Both the position numbers and the translations under genes were made by a program. From contig JABDCU010000007.1 in assembly GCA_013287965.1 (NCBI GenBank), positions 440 through 64,439 on the forward strand: 64,000 nucleotides of DNA. The letters run 5' to 3'. The notes beneath the pieces were generated by a model. It did no database searches and had not been told where the DNA came from. It saw only the letters and a program-made list of their open reading frames with translations. Shown here in pieces: positions 56,842-64,000 of this stretch. The stretch is from Candidatus Omnitrophota bacterium. Lineage in GTDB: Bacteria > Omnitrophota > Gorgyraeia > Zapsychrales > Fredricksoniimonadaceae. Every line of letters starts with the position of its first letter. Positions within the stretch are counted from its first letter, which is position 1.

Positions 56842-57420
56842 TCAGTTAGAAAAACTTACCCCGTCGATCAATACCGTTCCGCGGCGAAAATCCACATTCC
56901 AGGCTTCCAGGACAAAGGAAACATCCGTGATCGTTGTCCAGTCCGTTAAATTCAATTTTTCAAAAGGTATGCTGGTCCGGGCCCAAGCGCTCTGCACATT
57001 TTGGATATAATAGATCGCCTGCTCATTCTTTTGGTTGGCGACGATAACCTTTACGATCCCCGGATACGCGCCATCCATGCCGCGCAAAGAGACATTCAAG
57101 ACCTTATATTTAGAAACATCCTTGTTAGGGATGGTGATCGAAAATGTTTTTGTTGCCGGATACGGCTCATTAAGGTCATACGCGATGCGGATAGGGTCAT
57201 TATTAAGGGCGTAAAAAACCTGGGACTTCAAGTCCGCCCGACGCGTCAAAAATGCCGTAAACCCATACACCGTCGATATAGTGATCACCGCCGTGATCAC
57301 TATATTGATCACCAGCAGTGAGCGGTTAATGGCCTTAGGTTTACTTTTTTTGGGTGAAACGTTTTCACGCTTGCCCAAGTAAACCTTGGCAAGGTGATCG
57401 TATATTTCGTCACGGGTCAT
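56842..57420 (-). CDS. Membrane-anchored protein, function unknown
   Basis: One TM segment (LLVINIVITAVITISTVYGFTAFL) followed by a beta-rich domain. Confidence 0.45.
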   Translation of the reverse strand: MTRDEIYDHLAKVYLGKRENVSPKKSKPKAINRSLLVINIVITAVITISTVYGFTAFLTRRADLKSQVFYALNNDPIRIAYDLNEPYPATKTFSITIPNKDVSKYKVLNVSLRGMDGAYPGIVKVIVANQKNEQAIYYIQNVQSAWARTSIPFEKLNLTDWTTITDVSFVLEAWNVDFRRGTVLIDGVSFSN

Positions 57421-57492
57421 GCACTCAACCTTTTATTTATCATAACAAAGAAACTATAAATGAAAATAATAATATGAAATATTTTTACAAAT

Positions 57493-57530
57493 AAAAAAAC
57501 CCTCCGTCCAAAAAATCGACGGAGGGTTTT
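57493..57530. terminator. Bidirectional rho-independent terminator
   Basis: A7-CCCTCCGTC-N9-GACGGAGGG-T4. On the minus strand the stem is followed by T7, 26 nt after the porin stop. Confidence 0.7.
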
Positions 57531-57555
57531 GAAACTGCCGCAAACCTTACCAATA

Positions 57556-59019
57556 TTAGAACTTTACTGCAACATTGGCCAAGGCCTGGCTGGCTGTATT
57601 ACGGTTAACGCTGGCGAGAGCGTTACCGGGAACATACCAACCGACACTCACACCGAACGTGACATCTTCGGTATAAGCATAGCTTAAGTTCAGGTCATAT
57701 TCATTACCTAAACCGGTGTTCTTATGACCATTGTTCGTCGTAGGCGTGATCTGTGTGGTGCCGCCATCCGGCTGATACAAGGCCAGAGGATTGGTCGCGC
57801 TGTAATGGTCCACTGCCCACAATCCGCTCCAGGTGAATGAAGTGGTCACATCTTCCAACGGATTAGCTGAAGCTCCGATGGAAACGATGTTCATGTTGGA
57901 CAATGGGAACAAGGTATTGTAAATGGTACCGCTGCCTTGGCTCTCATTGAACGGGTCCCAAGCCGTGTATCTTTCAGTATGGGTACCTGTACCGTTGGCG
58001 CTGTTAGGATCACCGGAGACGTAGGTGTAAGAAGCATTCACGCTCGGTTTGTATTTTTCCAAAACCGGCAATGAATAGCTGCCTAATAATTGGGCAGCCA
58101 TGGCACCGCGACGCTCGGAATTTTGGATAGCATTGGCTGAAGTATTGACTAACTGCACCGGGTGATTACCAAGCTGCCAGGCCAATTCGCCCTGGACGTT
58201 CAATCCTTTAATGGGATTGGTGCTTGCGCGCAAACCAGGCACAAACAACGTGTCGCCTTTATCAAGCTGGACCGTTGGGCTGCCTTGGGCAGTGTAATTG
58301 GTATGCCCATCGATCCTGCTGAACACGTAGCCTTCTAAAACCGTGGTCCAGGGATCGCTTAACTGATAATTGGCATTGATACCATAAACATCGGAACTGG
58401 TTTCATCCGAGTTAGGATTACCATTGACCAATGTTTGGTTATTCTTGAAATAGAACATATCAATGGTCAAAGGCTTATAATCCAAAATAGCCTTAACACC
58501 ATCATAAGCTGTTCTCATGGTCAGGTCCTGGGCAATGAACTGCAAATTGCCTGTACCCTGATTGTTAACACCGCCGTCACCCATGATAAGACCATTACCA
58601 TAGTTGAAGATCTGGCGTCCGACAGTCACGGTGAGCGGTGAATACAAAAGTTCACGCATCGTGATGGAAGCCAAATACAACTGGACGTTGGTGTCATTTG
58701 TGTAACCGGAATTGGAGCTTGTCTCCGCATTCCAGGCGCGTTCATTGATCAAACCAACGGTGGTGGAGACATTATCGCTAAGGTCAGCATCCACGCGTAA
58801 GCGGGTTTGGGTGATGAACACGTTTTGCTGCTTCAAACCGACAGGTACAGCACTTGGAAGGGTACCTTGGCCATTGGTGGCGTTGGTATCGCCCAAGTCG
58901 AAGTTATTACGATCTACAAACGTGGATGTGATGTCCCCACTGACTTTCACGTTCTGAATAGCCGCGAAAGCCGGTGAAGCCATCAATACCGCGATAGCTG
59001 CAACTAATATTTTTTTCAT
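57556..59019 (-). CDS. Outer-membrane beta-barrel porin-like protein
   Basis: Signal peptide MKKILVAAIAVLMASPAFA, alternating beta-strand pattern, C-terminal ...NVAVKF. Confidence 0.6.
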   Translation of the reverse strand: MKKILVAAIAVLMASPAFAAIQNVKVSGDITSTFVDRNNFDLGDTNATNGQGTLPSAVPVGLKQQNVFITQTRLRVDADLSDNVSTTVGLINERAWNAETSSNSGYTNDTNVQLYLASITMRELLYSPLTVTVGRQIFNYGNGLIMGDGGVNNQGTGNLQFIAQDLTMRTAYDGVKAILDYKPLTIDMFYFKNNQTLVNGNPNSDETSSDVYGINANYQLSDPWTTVLEGYVFSRIDGHTNYTAQGSPTVQLDKGDTLFVPGLRASTNPIKGLNVQGELAWQLGNHPVQLVNTSANAIQNSERRGAMAAQLLGSYSLPVLEKYKPSVNASYTYVSGDPNSANGTGTHTERYTAWDPFNESQGSGTIYNTLFPLSNMNIVSIGASANPLEDVTTSFTWSGLWAVDHYSATNPLALYQPDGGTTQITPTTNNGHKNTGLGNEYDLNLSYAYTEDVTFGVSVGWYVPGNALASVNRNTASQALANVAVKF

Positions 59020-59282
59020 TTAATCTCCCAAGATTTAAGGAAAAGTTTATATGTAATATATCTAGGTGTCTATGGCCTAGGAATTTGACGATATAGACCC
59101 CAAATGATGATCCCTAACCGGTTCTAGCGCATCCCTCCTTTCTCGGTCAAGCCTGAAATCACCAGGGTGTAAGTTTGACAAGGTAAACTTCATCCTTGTC
59201 AGATTTGCGGTATTTTGCCATGAGCCCAAGCCCATGTCAAGAAAAATTAAGAAAATTTTAATAATGTAAGTTTTGGGGAGGA

Positions 59283-59945
59283 TTATTGATGGTGCCCGCC
59301 GCCATGATGTTTGATATCGCGGCCTTCTACTATATAGACAACCTCTTCCGCGATATTGGTGGACAGATCTGCGATGCGCTCAAGGTTGTGGGCGATCCTC
59401 ATAAGCGCCAAAGCCCTTGGTATTACGTCTTTTTTGCCTTTCATGATGTCAGTCAGGTCCTTAAGTATCTTGTCCCCGGCTTCATCCACGATATCGTCCC
59501 GGTCACAAACTAGCTGGGCCAGGGCTATATCTTCATTGACAAAGGCATTAATGCCGTCCTTCATCATGGCTACCGTATTCTCCCCCATGGCGCGCAAGTC
59601 ATTATAAGAGCCCAAAAAGGGGTTGGCGATCAAATATAAGCCGCTTTCGGATATGTTTACCGCGTGATCAGCCATGCGTTCCAGGTCTTTGTTCATCTTA
59701 ATGATCATGATAACCAGGCGTAAATCACGGGCCACCGGCTCATACTGGGCAATGGTCTGGACACAGAGCTCATCAATGGAGCGGTCATAGGCATTGACCC
59801 TGGGTTCCTGATTTTTGACCACCTGATAGAGCATATCAGGGTTTTTCTCCAAAAGCCCCCGCATGCTGCGACTTATCATATCTTCAACCAGGCCAGCATC
59901 TTGTATCAATAAGTGCTTTAATTCCGTGATTTTCTCTCTTAGCAT
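59283..59945 (-). CDS. phoU: Phosphate signalling complex protein PhoU
   Basis: Duplicated PhoU repeats (DLERMADHA / NLERIADLSTNIAE). Confidence 0.9.
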   Translation of the reverse strand: MLREKITELKHLLIQDAGLVEDMISRSMRGLLEKNPDMLYQVVKNQEPRVNAYDRSIDELCVQTIAQYEPVARDLRLVIMIIKMNKDLERMADHAVNISESGLYLIANPFLGSYNDLRAMGENTVAMMKDGINAFVNEDIALAQLVCDRDDIVDEAGDKILKDLTDIMKGKKDVIPRALALMRIAHNLERIADLSTNIAEEVVYIVEGRDIKHHGGGHHQ

Positions 59946-59976
59946 GCTTTTCTCCGTTTATGTGTAGCCCTTGGCT

Positions 59977-60131
59977 AGCCTTTGGAAACGAATTTTTTCG
60001 GCTGCGGTCGGCTTTTTCCGCCAGCCTTTTCTAATATCTCAGAAAAAAACACTGTCTTGGCGCAGGTTTTTCTGATCGGTGACGAAGGCTGGCGGGCCTC
60101 CAGCAGCACTCAAAAATTGTTTCCAAAGTCT
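59977..60131. repeat. About 155-nt palindromic (MITE-like) intergenic element, copy 2
   Basis: Near-identical to 10511..10662 apart from about 12 nt in the central loop. It abuts the pstB stop codon. Confidence 0.85.
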
Positions 60132-60891
60132 AGCCAAATCGACCCGTGATATAATCTTCCGTAATCTTATTAGACGGCTTCGTAAAAAAATCCGTGGTTT
60201 TGGTGAATTCGATGATCTGCCCATGCATCAAAAAGGCGGTTTTATCCGAAACCCTGGCCGCCTGCTGCATATTATGCGTGACGATCACGATGGTATATTC
60301 ATCTTTCAGGTCTCCCATCAGCTCCTCAATACGCGCCGTGGCAATAGGGTCCAGGGCTGAGCAGGGTTCATCCATCAGGATGATCTCCGGGTCAACCGCG
60401 ATGGCCCGGGCAATGCAAAGCCGCTGCTGCTGGCCGCCGGAAAGCGACATGGCGCTTTTGCCCAAGTGGTCCTTGACCTCGTCCCATAAAGCCGCGCGTT
60501 TAAGGCTTTTTTCAACTGTTTCATCAAGGATACGGTGGTCTTTGATACCTACGATCCTTAAGCCATAAGCTATATTATCATAAATAGACTTAGGAAAGGG
60601 AGTGGATTTTTGAAATACCATGCCCACCTTACGCCTTAGACTGACCACATCCGTATTCTTATCATAAATGTTCACCCCATCCACTAAAACTTCGCCTTCG
60701 ACCCTTGACGAAGTGATCAGGTCATTCATGCGGTTAAAGACACGGATCAACGTCGATTTGCCGCAACCCGAAGGTCCGATCATGGCCACTATCTGGCGGG
60801 GCTCAACGGTCATGGAAACATTCTTCAGCGCCTGATGGTCACCATAATAAAAATTCAGGTCTTTGACTTTTATACTTCCTTTAAGGCTCAT
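60130..60891 (-). CDS. pstB: Phosphate ABC transporter ATP-binding protein
   Basis: [23 protein letters not shown], and the PstB-typical N-terminus. Confidence 0.95.
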   Translation of the reverse strand: MSLKGSIKVKDLNFYYGDHQALKNVSMTVEPRQIVAMIGPSGCGKSTLIRVFNRMNDLITSSRVEGEVLVDGVNIYDKNTDVVSLRRKVGMVFQKSTPFPKSIYDNIAYGLRIVGIKDHRILDETVEKSLKRAALWDEVKDHLGKSAMSLSGGQQQRLCIARAIAVDPEIILMDEPCSALDPIATARIEELMGDLKDEYTIVIVTHNMQQAARVSDKTAFLMHGQIIEFTKTTDFFTKPSNKITEDYITGRFG

Positions 60892-60894
60892 AAT

Positions 60895-61773
60895 CTATTT
60901 TCCGGCTGACCAGCGGCCGCGGCTCATCACATAAAACTGGGCCCAGCCATTGATCAGCAAAACCATTAAGATCAATACGATCGCCCCGGCCCAGGCCTGG
61001 CGATGCCAATCATCAAAAGGAGAGATCGCATAACTAAAAACCTGTAAAGGCAAGGCCGCGATAGGCTGTGTCAACGAATGCTGCCAATAATGGTTTCCGA
61101 ACGCTGTAAATAACAGCGGTGCCGTCTCTCCGGCCACGCGTGCCAGGGCCACCATGATCCCGGTGGTGATCCCTGCCAGGGCCGCGGGTACCACAATATC
61201 CACCGTGACCCGCCATTTAGGGACACCTAAAGCCAAAGCAGCTTCTCTTAATTGGCCGGGCACCATCCGCACAAATTGCTCACTGGTACGCGAGATCATG
61301 GGGATCATCATGATGCCCAGGGCAAAACCTCCGGAAAGGGCTGAAAAACCTTTCATCGGCAAAACACAGACAATGTAGGCAAATATCCCATAAACAATAG
61401 ACGGGATACCGTTCATCACATCAGCTATAAAACGGACCGTCTGCGCGAATTTCAGGTCCGCGTATTCACTAAGATATACCCCTGCCCCAAGGCCGATGGG
61501 CACCCCCACACAGACTGCCAGCCCAAGAAGAGTAAAGGTACCGGCAATGGCGTTAGCCATACCGCCGCCCTTTTCACCGACGGGTTTAGGCAGATGGGTA
61601 AAAAAATCCCAATTTAACGAAGTGACACCCTTAATGAACAAATGGAAAATAATAAGAAAAAGGATGCACAAGATGCCAAGAGCGCATAAGGACAAAATAT
61701 AAACCATGGCACGGTCCCAGATGGCCCGTCGAAGGCGCGTGCGCTCAAAGCTCGTATGGATCAATGCTTTCAT
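60895..61773 (-). CDS. pstA: Phosphate ABC transporter permease PstA
   Basis: Six-TM permease with an EAA-like loop (REAALALGVPKW). Confidence 0.9.
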   Translation of the reverse strand: MKALIHTSFERTRLRRAIWDRAMVYILSLCALGILCILFLIIFHLFIKGVTSLNWDFFTHLPKPVGEKGGGMANAIAGTFTLLGLAVCVGVPIGLGAGVYLSEYADLKFAQTVRFIADVMNGIPSIVYGIFAYIVCVLPMKGFSALSGGFALGIMMIPMISRTSEQFVRMVPGQLREAALALGVPKWRVTVDIVVPAALAGITTGIMVALARVAGETAPLLFTAFGNHYWQHSLTQPIAALPLQVFSYAISPFDDWHRQAWAGAIVLILMVLLINGWAQFYVMSRGRWSAGK

Positions 61774-62696
61774 TTAACCACATTCCCCGGCCCTTTGGTC
61801 ACAGACCAGATCAATACCCGGGCCAATATATTAACAATAATGGAAACCAGAAACAAGACCAAACCTATTTCAATCAAAGCTGACAGATACATGTTGGTCG
61901 CGGCTTCGGCGAATTCATTGGCAAGCACACTGGCCAGGGTATAGCCCGGAGAAAATAAAGAAGGGCTTATCACCACATTATTGCCGATGATCATGGTAAC
62001 AGCCATGGTCTCGCCGATGGCCCGGCCTAAGGCCAGGATCACGGCACCCAGGATCCCCACCCTGCCGTAACTTAAAACAATATCAAAGATCGCCTCCCAG
62101 CGGGTGGTGCCCAAGGCATAGGCACTTTCCTTATAAACCGAAGGAACAGCCAGGATGACCTCCCGTGAAACAGAAATAATAAAAGGGACAATGATAATGG
62201 CTAAAATGATGCTGGCCGCAAGGAAACCTACCCCGTAATTAGGCCCCTGAAAAAAAGGTAAAAAACCTAAATATTTTCCTAAAAACGGCTGGATATTGTT
62301 GCGCATGCAAGGCACCAATACAAAAATACCCCACAACCCGTAAATAACGCTCGGAATAGCAGCCAAAAGATCGACCAGGATGGATATAGCTTTGGATACT
62401 TTTGGCGGCGCGTATTCAGCCAAATAAATAGCCGCGCCAACTCCGATGGGAACAGCTAATAAAAGCGCCACCAGGGACGTCACACAGGTGCCGAAAATAA
62501 ATGGCAGGGCGCCAAATTGCTCCGCCACCGGGTCCCAAACACGGCTGAATAAAAAACCGATCCCGAATTTATGCAGTGATAGCTGCGAAGAAGAAACTAA
62601 TTGAAAAAAAATACCAGCGACCAGTATCAGGATGGAGATGGGGAAAACCGCCAATATCCTCCTGAAAACAATGTCGCTGGTATCCTGTCTACTCAT
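61770..62696 (-). CDS. pstC: Phosphate ABC transporter permease PstC
   Basis: Permease with the loop KESAYALGTTRWE; it overlaps pstA by 4 nt. Confidence 0.9.
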   Translation of the reverse strand: MSRQDTSDIVFRRILAVFPISILILVAGIFFQLVSSSQLSLHKFGIGFLFSRVWDPVAEQFGALPFIFGTCVTSLVALLLAVPIGVGAAIYLAEYAPPKVSKAISILVDLLAAIPSVIYGLWGIFVLVPCMRNNIQPFLGKYLGFLPFFQGPNYGVGFLAASIILAIIIVPFIISVSREVILAVPSVYKESAYALGTTRWEAIFDIVLSYGRVGILGAVILALGRAIGETMAVTMIIGNNVVISPSLFSPGYTLASVLANEFAEAATNMYLSALIEIGLVLFLVSIIVNILARVLIWSVTKGPGNVVK

Positions 62697-62715
62697 AACG
62701 CCGCTAATTCTACTA

Positions 62716-63726
62716 CTAAAACTTCACCTTATCAAGCTTCGCTTGGATCATTTGCACTACATTAGCCGGAAGCGGCGCGTAATCCAGGTCTGTAGTGTAC
62801 TTTTGGCCGTCTGTGATGGCCCATTTGATAAAATCCACGATGGCCTTGCCCTTAACAGGGTCATCCATTTGCTTGTAGATCAAAAGCCAGGTAAAACTGG
62901 AGATCGGATAAGCTTCCGGATTCGGACTGTTGGTCACTGAAGCCCTAAAATCATCAGGAATAACAGCCCCATCAGCGGCTTTGGAAGTGCTGTCTAAGGT
63001 CGGCTCAATATAAGCGCCCGAAGCATTCTTCATAAAAGCATAAGGCAGGTTATTTTCTTTAGCATAGGCCAATTCCACATAACCGATGCCGCCGGGTGTC
63101 TGCTTGAGCATTCCAGCCACCCCTTCATTACCCTTACCGCCTAAGCCGAGAGGCCAGTTGACAGAGGTGGCTTTGCCAACCTTGCCCTTCCATTCACCGC
63201 TGACCTTGCTTAAATAATCAGTAAAAATATAAGAAGTGCCGCTGCCGTCTGAACGGTGTACCACTATAATAGAATTACTGGGAAGAGTGACCCCGGCATT
63301 TTGTTCGGTGATACGGGGATCATTCCATTGGGTGATCTTGCCCAAATAGATGTCCGCTAAAACATCCCCGCTTAATTTAAGGCCCTTGTCTACGCCCTGA
63401 AGATTGTATGCAATTACCACGGCACCCATCACAGTAGGAATATGGTAAATGCGGCCAGGAGCTGCTGTCATTTGATCCATGGTCATAGGGCCATCAGAAG
63501 CACCGAAATCCACGGTTTTGGCTGTGATCTGCTTGATACCGCCACCTGAACCAATGGATTGATAATTAAATAATACTCCCGGATTGACCTTACTGTATTC
63601 ATCGAACCATTTGGAATAAATGGGGTACGGGAACGTTGCGCCTGCCCCGTTAATAAGCGTTGCATCTGCAAAGGCCAAGGACGTTGCCATAACCATTGCC
63701 ACCACTAAGGCCAGAATTTTCTTCAT
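62716..63726 (-). CDS. pstS: Phosphate-binding protein PstS
   Basis: Signal peptide followed by GAGATFPYPIYSKW and SIGSGGG motifs. Confidence 0.9.
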   Translation of the reverse strand: MKKILALVVAMVMATSLAFADATLINGAGATFPYPIYSKWFDEYSKVNPGVLFNYQSIGSGGGIKQITAKTVDFGASDGPMTMDQMTAAPGRIYHIPTVMGAVVIAYNLQGVDKGLKLSGDVLADIYLGKITQWNDPRITEQNAGVTLPSNSIIVVHRSDGSGTSYIFTDYLSKVSGEWKGKVGKATSVNWPLGLGGKGNEGVAGMLKQTPGGIGYVELAYAKENNLPYAFMKNASGAYIEPTLDSTSKAADGAVIPDDFRASVTNSPNPEAYPISSFTWLLIYKQMDDPVKGKAIVDFIKWAITDGQKYTTDLDYAPLPANVVQMIQAKLDKVKF

Positions 63727-63761
63727 ACACGATCCCCTTTCTTACTCTTTTGTCATTCCAA

Positions 63762-64000
63762 TTAAAATTTCATATTCAAATCTATTTGCACAAGGTCTTC
63801 CGGAGCAGTTCCACTATAAGCAGCATCATTAGTGGCGCCATTAATAAGATTAGGTATGGCCTTGAATACATGTGTCCGGTAATACGACAAGGTAAGCCAG
63901 GCGTTTTTAGCCAAGCCAATGTCAAGCTCAGTGCGCCAGCCTGCCGTATCAGTTGCTCCGGAATAAAAATCCTGATCAGGAAAGGTATCCAGCCAGGAAT
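63762..64000 (-). CDS. C-terminal fragment of an outer-membrane porin-like protein (N-terminus beyond the window)
   Basis: Open frame to the window edge ending ...DLVQIDLNMKF*. The terminal Phe and strand pattern fit an OMP. Its position upstream of pstS suggests a phosphate-selective porin. Confidence 0.5.
   Translation of the reverse strand, partial: SWLDTFPDQDFYSGATDTAGWRTELDIGLAKNAWLTLSYYRTHVFKAIPNLINGATNDAAYSGTAPEDLVQIDLNMKF

Noticed and set aside
33719-60131. The palindromic repeats as a CRISPR array.
   Set aside because: The copies are dispersed singletons rather than regularly spaced direct repeats with unique spacers. No cas genes are present in the window.

Overview
Bacterial chromosomal window with about 90% of genes on the minus strand. 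I cannot name the organism. The giant secreted proteins and the hairpin repeat that translates to 'RFRGNDK' recall uncultivated lineages such as Omnitrophota, but this is unverified.

Housekeeping blocks:
- an SOS-like module (lexA, dinD-like, ssb);
- ribF-truB-nrnA-rbfA, a poly(A)/CCA-type nucleotidyltransferase, xerD, ligA, acyP and tRNA-Pro(CGG);
- fabZ plus riboflavin genes (ribBA-ribH-nusB-PHP-ribD-ribE);
- pgpA, pgsA, rimO, rodZ-like, ftsK, pnp and rpsO;
- a ParA-like ATPase fused to a CBM48 domain;
- phoU-pstBACS flanked by beta-barrel porin genes.

Accessory content:
1. A 6.7-kb, visibly AT-richer island (15196..21955) is bounded by perfect 60-bp direct repeats that duplicate the 5' half of tRNA-Pro. 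It carries a tight operon: a small protein with a C-terminal GG, an E2-like protein, a Cys-less E2 paralogue fused to a Phd-like domain, a ThiF/E1, a JAB/MPN+ protease, an MBL-fold protein, a patatin phospholipase and a second MBL-fold protein. There is no nucleotide cyclase. This is my top candidate for an undescribed conjugation-based (defence-like) system.
2. Two paralogous secreted multidomain proteins. One (1..4590, more than 1530 aa) is missing from the supplied ORF track because it runs off the window edge.
3. A roughly 14-kb envelope cluster (31468..45129) with five polytopic GT-C-like membrane proteins, three paralogous TPR proteins, an SGNH-TPR hydrolase and a carbamoyltransferase/SxtJ-like/small-membrane-protein trio.
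4. Several palindromic or hairpin repeat elements, including one inserted in frame inside a CDS.

All product calls rest on motif recognition by eye; no database search was run.
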